A stretch of 64,000 bases of DNA from Bdellovibrionota bacterium (lineage in GTDB: Bacteria > Bdellovibrionota_C > UBA2361 > OMII01). The first letter of the stretch is position 1, and the number at the start of each line of letters is the position of its first letter. This document shows positions 36,696-46,577 of this stretch, one piece after another. The stretch spans positions 64,001-128,000 of the forward strand of contig JBIJBE010000001.1 of the NCBI GenBank assembly GCA_044345405.1, in the 5' to 3' direction. The position numbers were made by a program, and so were the translations under genes. Under the pieces are notes generated by a model. It did no database searches, had not been told where the DNA came from, and saw only the letters and a list, made by a program, of their open reading frames with translations.

Positions 36696-37997
36696 GTGGC
36701 TATCCTGCGCCGGATGTCTTCATGGGCCTTTTCTCGAAAAATTGCGTTACGTTACCTGTGGAGTAAGAGGTCCGAAGCCTTCATCTCGATTATCACCGTT
36801 ATCTCAGTAATCGGTGTCGCGATCGGAGTCATGGTTTTGAATATCGTCATGTCGGTCATGACGGGATTCGAACATGAATTGCGAGAGAAGATCGTAGGTA
36901 CCGATTCACACATCGTTATTAATAGTGCGACCGGGTCCGGTATCTTCGGATGGCGAGAGACCGCTCAAAAGATACAGCAGGTGTCTGGGGTTCTCTCTGT
37001 TTCTCCGTTTACCTATCACCAGGTTCTTATTCGTTCGGATTCCCGAGCCTCGGGTCTGCTCATTCGTGGAATCGAAAAGGGAAGCGCGTCGGCCGAGCAG
37101 GTCGCTCGGTACCTTCCTCCGCACCGCTCCCTTGATTCCCTCTTTAATCCTTCGCCGATCAACGTTCTTCTCGCCAATGGAGAGGAGCAGGAGGCGACCC
37201 TTCCGGGTATCTTGATCGGACGTTCGTTGGCTCAGACTTTGGGAGTTTTTGCCGGAACCCCCGTATCGATCCTCTCTCCGCAGGTGACCTCGACCCCGTT
37301 CGGGCTCGTTCCTTCCTTTCGAAGGTTCGTGGTTGTGGGCGCGTATAGCTCCGGACTCGTGGAGTACGAGAGCGGGGTCGCGTACATCAGCTTAGAGGAG
37401 GCGCAGCGATTCTTCGATATGCAGGGTGGTGTGACCGGGCTTGAGGTTCGAGTTCGTGATATCAACGCCGCGCCTGATATCGCCAAGCGTATCCACGCAG
37501 CCACCGGTGGTCTCGAGTCAGGACTTACTGTTCGTGATTGGACCGTCACCAACAAACCTTTATGGGACGCTATTCAGCTTGAGAAGCGTGTGTACTTTAT
37601 CGTGTTGCTCCTCATCATCGTTATGGCGAGCTTCTCCATCGTGACCACCCTCATCATGATCGTGCTTGAGAAGCGGAAGGACATCGCGGTCATGAAAACC
37701 CTGGGCGCTTCAACGCCGAGCATCGGTCGAATCTTCAGAATTCAGGGCGCCGTCATTGGTGGTCTCGGCACCATTATCGGACTCGCGCTCGGATTTGTCG
37801 GGTGCTGGGCGTTGAAGACCTACGGATTCCCGATCGATGAGCGCATCTTCCAGATGTCGACCCTGCCGGTGACTATCGATCCATTTAACTTCGCGATGGT
37901 CGGCGTTGCCGCGTTCTTGATCTGTTTCGTAGCGACTATCTATCCAGCGCGGAGAGCGGCGAGCTTAGAGCCGAGTGAGGTGCTTCGCTATGACTAA
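36696..37997 (+). CDS. lolE: Lipoprotein-releasing ABC transporter permease LolC/E
   Basis: IALRYL..FISII..SVMTGFE..LREKI; EKRKDIAVMKTLGA; YPARRAA..PSEVLRYD. Confidence 0.92.
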   Translation: MAILRRMSSWAFSRKIALRYLWSKRSEAFISIITVISVIGVAIGVMVLNIVMSVMTGFEHELREKIVGTDSHIVINSATGSGIFGWRETAQKIQQVSGVLSVSPFTYHQVLIRSDSRASGLLIRGIEKGSASAEQVARYLPPHRSLDSLFNPSPINVLLANGEEQEATLPGILIGRSLAQTLGVFAGTPVSILSPQVTSTPFGLVPSFRRFVVVGAYSSGLVEYESGVAYISLEEAQRFFDMQGGVTGLEVRVRDINAAPDIAKRIHAATGGLESGLTVRDWTVTNKPLWDAIQLEKRVYFIVLLLIIVMASFSIVTTLIMIVLEKRKDIAVMKTLGASTPSIGRIFRIQGAVIGGLGTIIGLALGFVGCWALKTYGFPIDERIFQMSTLPVTIDPFNFAMVGVAAFLICFVATIYPARRAASLEPSEVLRYD

Positions 37998-37999
37998 GG

Positions 38000-38710
38000 G
38001 TGAGGGAGTTCATGCGCATCGAAGTTGAGGGTCTCACGAAGCGGTACCGTGACGCCGATCGGGAGTTAACGGTTATCGATAACCTCTCATTCTCATTTCC
38101 TGATCGGGGTTCCGTCGCCATTATCGGTCGTTCCGGTACCGGTAAATCTACCCTGATGCACCTGCTTGGCGCTCTCGATACCCCGTCGTCCGGAAGCGTC
38201 ACGTATGGCGATACGAATATTAGCGCGCTCCGCTCTGATGAGCGCGCGGCGTTTCGCGCCAAGAATATCGGATTCATCTTCCAGTTTCATCATCTCCTTC
38301 CTGAGTTTAACGCGGTTGAGAACGTCGCGTTGCCGCTCATCATGTCGGGAGTGGCCGAGAGCGAGGCGCAGGCGAAGGCTGGCGCGTTGCTCGACAAGGT
38401 CGGTCTTGCGGCTCGCAAGGAGCACTTGCCCTCTCAATTGTCGGGTGGTGAGCAGCAGCGTGTCGCCATCGCCCGAGCGCTAGTGGCGCGTCCCGCGGTG
38501 GTTCTCGCGGATGAACCGACCGGTAACCTCGATATCGCCACAGCGTCAGAGATTCAACGCCTTCTCCTTGAGATAAATAGGGAGCAGGGGAGTACCTTAA
38601 TAATCGTTACACACAATCATGAATTGGCTCGCAGTCTCGATATGGTCGTTGAGATGCACCCGGGTGGTGCGCTCGTTGTCCAGGGTGAGGAACGAGGCGC
38701 AAACGCCTAG
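38000..38710 (+). CDS. lolD: Lipoprotein-releasing ABC transporter ATPase
   Basis: [37 protein letters not shown]; follows lolC/E. Confidence 0.92.
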   Translation: MREFMRIEVEGLTKRYRDADRELTVIDNLSFSFPDRGSVAIIGRSGTGKSTLMHLLGALDTPSSGSVTYGDTNISALRSDERAAFRAKNIGFIFQFHHLLPEFNAVENVALPLIMSGVAESEAQAKAGALLDKVGLAARKEHLPSQLSGGEQQRVAIARALVARPAVVLADEPTGNLDIATASEIQRLLLEINREQGSTLIIVTHNHELARSLDMVVEMHPGGALVVQGEERGANA

Positions 38711-38725
38711 GAGTGGAAGATCCGT

Positions 38726-41038
38726 ATGAAGAGGTTAACCCTTACACGTCGAGCTGGGATTGTCTCCGCTGTTGTGATGGCGGTATTCGTGGCCTCGGCG
38801 CTGAAGCCGGCGCAGGCCCAGATCAGTGACGTCTATTCAGTTGGCGGTGTGGTCATAGAGGGAAATCGTCGTATCGACACGAACGCGATCCGGGTACAGC
38901 TTAAAGGGACGTACGGTCGGGTGACGGCGTCTGAGATCAATGAGGACGTGAAAACGCTCTACAACACCGGATTCTTCGATGACGTTACGGTGAGTGTCGT
39001 TACAACCCCATCGGGTGAGCGCAAGCTCAAGTATACGCTCGTCGAGAAACCTGTTGTTCGCAAGGTGCTGATTAAGGGGAACGACGAGGTCTCGGAGAGT
39101 GATCTCGCTGAGATCCTTACATTCGACTCCCGTCGCTTCGTGGATAAAGCGAAGATACAGTCGATGATTCGCAAGGCTGAGGTCTACTACCAAGCTCAGG
39201 GATTTTACGACGCGACACTCGATTATTCGACAACTCCCGTGGGAGAGAATGAGGTTGACCTCACCTTCGTCGCTAAAGAGGGTAACCGATATCGAGTTCG
39301 AGAGGTCAAGATCGAGGGGGCTAAAGACCTTGATGAGAGCGAGATGCTCTCCAAGATAGCCACCAAGGAGTACAACTGGTGGATTTCGTGGCTCCTCGGA
39401 ACGGGGCGCGTGAATGAGGAGATGACGGAAGCCGATAAGCAGGTACTCCGTCAGTACCTCATGGATCATGGGTATCTCGAGGGAACTGTTGGAAACGCCG
39501 ATATTGAGAAGCGCGACGATGGACTGTATGTGACCTTCGACGTGACTGAGGGGCAGCAGTACAAGATCGGTAAGATCTCGGCCTCCGGGGACCTCGCGAA
39601 GGATTCGGCTGAGTATACGTTAGAGGGCATCAAGAGCGAGTCTGGTGAGGTCTTTAGCGCCACCGATGTACGAAATGACATCTTTACCATCACCGATAAG
39701 TTTTCGGATGAGGGGTACGCGTTCGCGAACGTGGTACCTAACACCGCCGTGAACAAGCAGGAGTCGACCGTTGACCTCGACTTTACCACCACCAAGGGGA
39801 ATGTTGTTCGAATCAACAAGATTAACGTGAGCGGGAACGAGAAGACCTACGACAACGTCATTCGTCGTGAGTTGAAGATCGAGGAGCAGCAGCTCTACTC
39901 AGGGACCAAGATCAAACGGAGTCAGACGCTGTTGCAGCGATTAGGGTACTTCGATGAGGTGGGCATTACCAATCAGCCCACCAGTGATCCTTCGATGGTG
40001 GATCTCGATGTGAACGTGAAGGAAGCGACAACGGGAAGCTTCAGCGCGGGCGCGGGATACTCCACGAACAACGGCGCTATCTTCAACACGAAGGTGTCTG
40101 AGAATAACCTCTTCGGAACGGGGCGACGAGCGAACCTCAATCTCGACTTCGGTTCCCAGATCAGTAATCAGGTGCTCTCTATCGACGACCCGCGCGTGAA
40201 CGACACGTATGTGTCGGCTGGAGTGGACGCGCTCCGTACTACCCGAGTATTCGATGACTTCCGTCGCGAGTTAGCGGGAGGAGCGTTTACGGTCGGCTAT
40301 CCGGGTGAGCAGATCTTCGGTGAATGGCTTCAAGACATCAACTTCAACGTGAAGTATGAGGCCCTGAGAGTTGATATTTACGATGTCGACAGCGACGCCG
40401 CTCAGCTGGTCAAGGACTCATATGGGAAGTCTTCGGCCTCCTCCGTCACTCCGAGCCTCGTGCGAAATACTATCAACAATCCGATGAATCCAACGAAGGG
40501 GTCTAAGCAGGTTCTTCAAACGGAGCTTGCCGGGCTTGGCGGAGATCAGGATTTCTACCTCGTCGAGTTCCGAAATTCCTGGTACTACCCCCTCGCGGAG
40601 GGCTCGTGGGGTGAGGTCGTCATCGCCGATCGAACTAACTTCGGCTATGGAGAGAGCTTTAACGACAATCCGTTCCCGCTCTACCGACGGTTCTTCCCTG
40701 GAGGTATTAACTCCGTGCGTGGATATCGAAATCGAACCCTTGGCCCGGTTGATATCAATGATCAAGAGTACGGTGGTAGTAAGCAGATCGTGAACAACCT
40801 TGAGATGATCTTCCCACTTGTGAACTCCGCTGGATTCAAGGGCGTTGTGTTCTACGACTTCGGTCAGGCGTACGACGACAACAAGCCGATCGCGGTTGAT
40901 GAGCTGCGACAAGCGTGGGGGTACGGTATTCGATGGGCATCGCCGATGGGTCCGATTCGTGTTGAGTTCGGATACCCCATCGATCCTCAGGATGGCGAGA
41001 AGATGCAGACGATGTTCTCGTTTGGGGCGCCGTTGTAG
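38726..41038 (+). CDS. bamA: Outer membrane protein assembly factor BamA
   Basis: Five POTRA-like repeats (GNEKTYDNVIRRE), GGINSVRGY, WASPMGPIRVEFG. Confidence 0.95.
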   Translation: MKRLTLTRRAGIVSAVVMAVFVASALKPAQAQISDVYSVGGVVIEGNRRIDTNAIRVQLKGTYGRVTASEINEDVKTLYNTGFFDDVTVSVVTTPSGERKLKYTLVEKPVVRKVLIKGNDEVSESDLAEILTFDSRRFVDKAKIQSMIRKAEVYYQAQGFYDATLDYSTTPVGENEVDLTFVAKEGNRYRVREVKIEGAKDLDESEMLSKIATKEYNWWISWLLGTGRVNEEMTEADKQVLRQYLMDHGYLEGTVGNADIEKRDDGLYVTFDVTEGQQYKIGKISASGDLAKDSAEYTLEGIKSESGEVFSATDVRNDIFTITDKFSDEGYAFANVVPNTAVNKQESTVDLDFTTTKGNVVRINKINVSGNEKTYDNVIRRELKIEEQQLYSGTKIKRSQTLLQRLGYFDEVGITNQPTSDPSMVDLDVNVKEATTGSFSAGAGYSTNNGAIFNTKVSENNLFGTGRRANLNLDFGSQISNQVLSIDDPRVNDTYVSAGVDALRTTRVFDDFRRELAGGAFTVGYPGEQIFGEWLQDINFNVKYEALRVDIYDVDSDAAQLVKDSYGKSSASSVTPSLVRNTINNPMNPTKGSKQVLQTELAGLGGDQDFYLVEFRNSWYYPLAEGSWGEVVIADRTNFGYGESFNDNPFPLYRRFFPGGINSVRGYRNRTLGPVDINDQEYGGSKQIVNNLEMIFPLVNSAGFKGVVFYDFGQAYDDNKPIAVDELRQAWGYGIRWASPMGPIRVEFGYPIDPQDGEKMQTMFSFGAPL

Positions 41039-41057
41039 GTCAGGCGATCCTGCCATC

Positions 41058-41142
41058 CGTAACACGGCGACCAGGAATGGTCGCCCTCCCGTTGTACCGT
41101 CCCGTGACTTGGGAGGGCGGTCATTCCTGACCGCCGCGGTAC
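41058..41142. repeat. Head-to-head REP-like pair
   Basis: CGTAACACGGCGACCAGGAATGGTCGCCCTCCC (-) and GGGAGGGCGGTCATTCCTGACCGCCGCG (+) between convergent genes. Confidence 0.85.
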
Positions 41143-41150
41143 TTGAGGAT

Positions 41151-42374
41151 CTACGCCCTCAACACCGAATCATCCTTCTTCTCATCGGTGGGAAGTTTGG
41201 ACGCCTGCTCCTCCTCGTGTTCGTAGAAGAGCTGATGGCGAGGACGACGTCGCAGGAGGGCTACCGTGTCGTGATATCCTTGCTCCATTAACGCGTTGAG
41301 GTAATCAGGATCGAGGGCGCCATAGGACATCACCTCGTAGGCGAGGTCCTCGCCAAGTTTGGCTTTGACGAGCGTAAAGAGCGGCCACAGCGCGCCACAC
41401 GCGTTCATGAACTTCTTGTGTGAACTTCCAACGGCCGCTTTCAAGAGCGGTCCAAGAGCCGACGCCGGACGAATGGTGAGGGTCTGTGGTGGGCGCAAGC
41501 AGAAGGTATCTGACTCCGCCGGGACCTCCCACGTCGGTCGCGTATCGTGAGGCTCCCCGTAGTGATCGAACCACCACGAGCGTCCTGAGATGTCGATAAT
41601 GATGATGCGGTGCGCTCCGAGCCGGACAGCTGGATCCACGGGGACGTTCTGAGAGATACCACCGTCCACGAGACGAACCTTGCCGCGCTCCGTATCGATC
41701 TCAACCGGTGGAAGCACGGATGGAAGGGCCGCCGAGGCGAAGCCATGTTTCGCGGTGAGCTCGTTCACGTAGCACACGTCGAAGGTTGTGCCGTGCATCT
41801 GCTCTGGTGGGATCTCTTGGTGAGAGCTTAGGAAGAGCAGGGGTTTTCGTGATTCCCCCTCAAGGGTTGTCATCACGCCGACCGCTTTCAGGTTCGCCGC
41901 TCGGCCATCGGGGGTGAGTCCGCCGTTGGCTTGTAACGCGGCGTCCAGCTGGTCTCTGAGGGGCTCTGGATCGAAGAGGGTTACCTTTGACCCGTGAGGG
42001 CCGGGGGCGAGGTATTGCTCCGCCGCTATCCGGATTGCTCTAATGAAGGCCCGCGCCCGAGTGCCTGAAAAGGTGTTGCTGAACGTTCGCTCTCGCCACA
42101 ACTCTTCGAGGAGGTTTATTGAATGATTAAAGCTGGTCTTGAGCCCAGCCGATACCACGAGGCCGTTGACGGCGCCGATACTACTTCCGAGGATTATGGA
42201 GGTGCGGTCGAGGTCTTTCGAGATGACTTGGCCAAGAGCTTTGAGAGCACCTGCTTGATAGGCTGCGCGAACACCGCCACCTGACAGTACGATACCGAGG
42301 TCGCTCTCATTTTGTTCGAGGGAGCGTCGAAATGGTACCGCTAATTGGTCCTCTCCTTGGGGGCGCCTTTTCAT
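41151..42374 (-). CDS. Patatin-like phospholipase
   Basis: VLSGGGVRAAYQAG, GSSIG, ASAALP, LVDGG. Confidence 0.92.
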   Translation of the reverse strand: MKRRPQGEDQLAVPFRRSLEQNESDLGIVLSGGGVRAAYQAGALKALGQVISKDLDRTSIILGSSIGAVNGLVVSAGLKTSFNHSINLLEELWRERTFSNTFSGTRARAFIRAIRIAAEQYLAPGPHGSKVTLFDPEPLRDQLDAALQANGGLTPDGRAANLKAVGVMTTLEGESRKPLLFLSSHQEIPPEQMHGTTFDVCYVNELTAKHGFASAALPSVLPPVEIDTERGKVRLVDGGISQNVPVDPAVRLGAHRIIIIDISGRSWWFDHYGEPHDTRPTWEVPAESDTFCLRPPQTLTIRPASALGPLLKAAVGSSHKKFMNACGALWPLFTLVKAKLGEDLAYEVMSYGALDPDYLNALMEQGYHDTVALLRRRPRHQLFYEHEEEQASKLPTDEKKDDSVLRA

Positions 42375-42455
42375 ACCTTTATCCGGTAGCGCTAGCCTTT
42401 CCTAAAGGGTCGGCCGCCACGCTATAACCTTAATGAATCTGGGCTATTTAGTGCC

Positions 42456-42491
42456 TAAACTCTCTATATTTGATGCCGGAAGTGCCGATAT
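42456..42491 (+). promoter_or_regulatory. Overlapping sigma-28-type promoter motifs
   Basis: TAAA-N15-GCCGGAAG (42456-42482) and TATA-N15-GCCGATAT (42465-42491). Confidence 0.5.
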
Positions 42492-42759
42492 AAGTTCGCT
42501 GTGAACACACTATCAGGCACTTAGGATGAGAGGAATCGACCTCCCTTCAATTACTTGGACATCCCTATCAGTGTGAGGGGAGTTCGCTGAGAGGGCAAGT
42601 CCCCCAGGAGCGAGTTCCACCTTTAGTTTTCTCGGTATTCACAGAAACACCAGGGGTGGGGGCTCGAGTGCCTAACGCCGGGGTGCCTCGATGGAGAGTT
42701 CCGAGGGGGTGTGGTACGGTCTGAAGGATCGAGAAGTGGCCAAGGGGGAGTAAGGTATC

Positions 42760-43431
42760 ATGATGGCAGGGCGACGGATTATCACCGTAGATGGAGTGGG
42801 CGCATCGGGCAAGAGCGCGCTTGCGCGCCTTCTCGCGGAGCGTCTTGGATTCGCGCACCTCAATTCAGGGCTTCTCTATAGGGCGGCGGGATTTTTGGTC
42901 TCTCAGGCCGGTATCTCATCTGACGATAACGCCGCTGTTGGTAATCTGCTCAAGCGTCACACCATTGAACTCAAGTACGACCGTACAACAGGTAATCAGG
43001 TCTTCATCGATGGCGTCCTTCGTGACTCCGAGATTCAGACCCAAGAGGTCTCAAAGCTAGCGTCCTTCGTGGCCAAGCTCCCTTCCGTTCGTGATCACTT
43101 TGTCGATGTGCAGCGGACTGCCTTCGCGCCGGCCGGTGTGGTGGCTGAGGGGCGTGATATGGGAACGGTCATATTTCCTGAGGCATCCCCGAAATTTTTT
43201 ATAAACGCAGATCTCCGTGTTCGCGCCGAGCGCCGTCGGGCGCAGCTTCTGGCGAAGGGCGAGGTGGCTGACCTCGAGACGATCGAACGTGACCTTTCCC
43301 GACGTGACTACGACGACGAACACCGGGCGTTGGCTCCAATGAAGCCGGCGGAGGGCGCGGTTTTGATCGATAATTCCTCTGGTACCCTGGAGGAGATCGT
43401 GGAGAAGATGTTCCGTCACGCGATCGGATAG
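42760..43431 (+). CDS. cmk: Cytidylate kinase
   Basis: ITVDGVGASGKS, LNSGLLYRA, VAEGRDMGTVIFPEA. Confidence 0.95.
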   Translation: MMAGRRIITVDGVGASGKSALARLLAERLGFAHLNSGLLYRAAGFLVSQAGISSDDNAAVGNLLKRHTIELKYDRTTGNQVFIDGVLRDSEIQTQEVSKLASFVAKLPSVRDHFVDVQRTAFAPAGVVAEGRDMGTVIFPEASPKFFINADLRVRAERRRAQLLAKGEVADLETIERDLSRRDYDDEHRALAPMKPAEGAVLIDNSSGTLEEIVEKMFRHAIG

Positions 43432-43464
43432 AACCCTCGGCCTTTCTCTACTCTTGTTGCGCCA

Positions 43465-44262
43465 CTAATTTTGGACCTGACAACCTTGAGGAACAACCGG
43501 CGGCAACTTGTTCGCTCTGTCTTGGCAATTACACATGCCGTCATTGCCGAGCCATATGCATTGCCCGCTGTCGCTACAGCAGTTTGGATTCTCGCAGCCG
43601 GCGTCATTTGGACAGGTCTTGCAGTCCTCGCCCGCGTCGATCTGGCAGTTTCCGCACTTACACTCTGTATCTGACATACACGTCTTAGTCCGCTCGCAAC
43701 AGGTTTGGCCGTCACCCTGGCACTTATGGTCGTTGGGACAGACTTCGCAGCTGGTTGGAACGCACTGTCCTTGATGACAGCACTCTCCCTCCTTACACGA
43801 GCCACCCTCCGAGCAGTTGGGCGTTGGGCTAGCGTCTGGAGTCGCTGTCGACGGTACTGTCGCTGTTGCCTCTGTAGTCGGTGTTGTCTCTGGAGTCGGT
43901 GTTGTCTCTGGAGTCGCTGCTGTCTCCGGTGTTGCCAAAGCCGTTGGTTCAGTTGTCGCCTCTGCAGTGGGTTCCGTTGTTGGCTCCGTCGTTGGCTCCG
44001 TCGTTGGCTCTGTTGTTGGCTCCGTTGTTGGCTCTACGGTGGGTTCCACGCCAGTACCGTCTGAGGAGCCAGTACCATCAGAGGAGTTTGAATACCCCTC
44101 TGACCCGTAGTTCTCCATCTGAGCCCACGCGGCGGAGTTACATCCGATGATCAGGGTTGTGAGGAGCGCGATCCACACGGAGCGGGAGTTGAGCGGATGC
44201 CGCCCACCACTTCGTTGTAGCCCAAAAATACTGCAAGATATCATCGGTCTCATCTTGTTCAC
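43465..44262 (-). CDS. Secreted protein with TEPT repeats and Cys-rich C-terminus
   Basis: Signal-like segment; (PTTE)n and (TPET)n; CGNCQIDAGEDCKTCPNDAGC. Confidence 0.75.
   Translation of the reverse strand: MNKMRPMISCSIFGLQRSGGRHPLNSRSVWIALLTTLIIGCNSAAWAQMENYGSEGYSNSSDGTGSSDGTGVEPTVEPTTEPTTEPTTEPTTEPTTEPTAEATTEPTALATPETAATPETTPTPETTPTTEATATVPSTATPDASPTPNCSEGGSCKEGECCHQGQCVPTSCEVCPNDHKCQGDGQTCCERTKTCMSDTECKCGNCQIDAGEDCKTCPNDAGCENPNCCSDSGQCIWLGNDGMCNCQDRANKLPPVVPQGCQVQN
43870..44050 (-). repeat. Intragenic 12- and 18-nt tandem repeats encoding PTTE/TPETT
   Basis: GTTGGCTCCGTC-type and GTCGGTGTTGTCTCTGGA units. Confidence 0.8.
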
Positions 44263-46272
44263 TCACTTTTTAAGCATTCGAAGGCTTCCCGGCACCATTC
44301 GCTTCGCCGTCCAGGACATCTTCAGGCTCGGTCCGCCCTTGGTGGCTGAGCTCGAGCCGGTTAATACGCCCTTCTTTTCATCGAGCGTCGCGGTCGAGGT
44401 GGTGATAACACCACCGTAATTCGCCGTCATCTTCACCGTTCGAGAGTTCCCTGTCTTCGAGATAGTACCAGCAAGGAGAGCTTTGTCGTAGAAGCTTCTC
44501 ACTCCCTTGGCGTTCGGCTTTTGACGGCGCTCGACGATGGAGACGCCCGCCATTCGATCTTTGTTCTCCTCAAGGAAGAACACTCCACCTGTCGTTGGGT
44601 CGGAATCGTGTTGCCAGATCCAGAATCCGTCGAGAGGACCCTGTGGTTCGAGCGCCCTAGTAGAACGATACGCCTCTTGAGGGCTTGTCGCCACCGGCTC
44701 GTGAGGAGACACCGAAGGGGCTCGATCGAGTTCCGCGAGGGCCAAGCGTTTGGAGGTATAGGTGTCTGAGTACCAATCGAAGGTGTTTCCTCGCACGGTC
44801 TTACCCTTCGTCGTAGTTCGTTCGTATCCGTTCACGGAGAGGAGCGTTCCACTCTTTGGATCTACGGTGTCGTAACTCGTTCTCAGCTCGGTTATTCCCT
44901 TCGATGTCGCCGGTACAACCTCGCCCTGATCGGCTATGGCGTTTTGGTTCGCGTCGAACCATAGGGCGATAGGCTCAAGCTCCTGCCCGCGCACGAATCC
45001 GTCCTTATTGATGTCGAGTTCAGCGAGCGCTTGATAACCGTTGTCCCACTCATCCACGGAGGACGGAGCCGAGCTTCGCGATACGAGGCGAACCGCCTTC
45101 CGTCCACCGAAGGTCCAATTTCCAAAGAGCTGCCGGCCATCGACGACCTTACCGGTGTGTTGCGGATCGTACACGAGGAGCGGTCGTTCCGCGCTCGCTT
45201 TCCACACAACCCAAGGATTCCGTTGTTTCGGCGCGAGTTTAAATCGTACAACGGTCCAGCTGTCCTCCCCACCGAGGTCGAGACCGAGCGGGCTTACGAT
45301 GTACCCCACGTTGATCGTTCCGCAGCTGCGGGCATCGTTGGAAACCACTATAGGATTACAATTTTCACCGACCGCCAGCTTTTGCCCGACCTCAGCCGGT
45401 TGAAGCGCCGCGATCTCCTCAGGTGTGAGGTCTCCGCCCGCCGCATTCAGGGCATCAAACAGGGCAGTAACCCAAGCGCCTTCTTTTGAAAATAATCTCT
45501 CCCACGCAACCTGGAACATGTTGTCATCATCATAACGAGCGTTGCCCGTTCCGGTTTGTCGAAGCACGCCGGTAGCGCATCCCGCCCCACCTCCCTGAAC
45601 GACATCCCCGCCAAAGGTTGGGATCTCTTGGTCGTACTCGCAGTAGAAGATGCTGATCTCGGTCTCGAGATCGTAGTACGAGCAGGTTGGCGTGAAGGTG
45701 GGGGTAATCGTGGCGGTGAGAGTCGGTGTTATCGTAACTGTTTGAGTTGGCGATGGTCGGTTTGTTGGAGTTGACGTAGCCGTTACCGTCCCCGTGTTGC
45801 TTGCCGTTGGTGTTGCAGTGTTAGTTGGTGTTGCGGATCTTGTTAATGTTGGTGTCGCAGATCTTGTTATCGTTGGTGTCAGTGTTGGCGTCCTGCTCGG
45901 GGTGACCGTTGCGGTGGGCGTATCCGGAATGACCACTACCTTCTCGGTCGGTGTGGCGGTGAAGGTGAATGTTGGAGTCGGACATTCTGGTCCATAGAAA
46001 ATCACCGTCTCGTTGGGACATGGGGGACGTCCAGGTGAAGGATACTGAATTATGGGACGCGGAATGGCGACGAATTGGCCGCATGGAATCTCGGGGGGCG
46101 GGGTCGGATCCCCAAGAATGCAGTCTTGAAATGAATTAAACGACTCCGGGCTCCTCACGTCGGTGGCGCCGGATTGAGCAAGGGGCGTGGAGTGGGGGAT
46201 GGTGAAGGTTGAGATCACCGCAAGCAAAACGAAAAGCAAAGCTCTCTTCATACAACCTTCAGAAGTAACCAC
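44263..46272 (-). CDS. Secreted Thr/Pro-rich protein with FrpC-SPM-like/EF-hand module (paralog of 18731..21556)
   Basis: Signal peptide [10 protein letters not shown]; TPT repeats; [42 protein letters not shown]. Confidence 0.8.
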   Translation of the reverse strand: MVTSEGCMKRALLFVLLAVISTFTIPHSTPLAQSGATDVRSPESFNSFQDCILGDPTPPPEIPCGQFVAIPRPIIQYPSPGRPPCPNETVIFYGPECPTPTFTFTATPTEKVVVIPDTPTATVTPSRTPTLTPTITRSATPTLTRSATPTNTATPTASNTGTVTATSTPTNRPSPTQTVTITPTLTATITPTFTPTCSYYDLETEISIFYCEYDQEIPTFGGDVVQGGGAGCATGVLRQTGTGNARYDDDNMFQVAWERLFSKEGAWVTALFDALNAAGGDLTPEEIAALQPAEVGQKLAVGENCNPIVVSNDARSCGTINVGYIVSPLGLDLGGEDSWTVVRFKLAPKQRNPWVVWKASAERPLLVYDPQHTGKVVDGRQLFGNWTFGGRKAVRLVSRSSAPSSVDEWDNGYQALAELDINKDGFVRGQELEPIALWFDANQNAIADQGEVVPATSKGITELRTSYDTVDPKSGTLLSVNGYERTTTKGKTVRGNTFDWYSDTYTSKRLALAELDRAPSVSPHEPVATSPQEAYRSTRALEPQGPLDGFWIWQHDSDPTTGGVFFLEENKDRMAGVSIVERRQKPNAKGVRSFYDKALLAGTISKTGNSRTVKMTANYGGVITTSTATLDEKKGVLTGSSSATKGGPSLKMSWTAKRMVPGSLRMLKK

Positions 46273-46577
46273 TCTACAGCGTATCAGGCCAGACCGATCC
46301 CGAGCGCGTTGGAATGCGCTGGGATGAACATGAACCCATGTAGCTTCCTAGAAGTATACCAGGGGCAAAGGAGCTTGGTAAACCAATGATTTTAGGAAAT
46401 TGTCGAGCGCGAAGTGGCTGCTTGTGTGGGCGAGCATGGTCGTGGACCGCGGCGATAAATGCATGAAGGGACTACGTTTGTGGGTTATTCAAGAGATGAA
46501 AGCATCGCCAATTCCTGGGTGGCGCTACGGCTTTCTCGCACCGGATACGGGCCGCGCTGGTGGCGGCTCCAGTGCTC

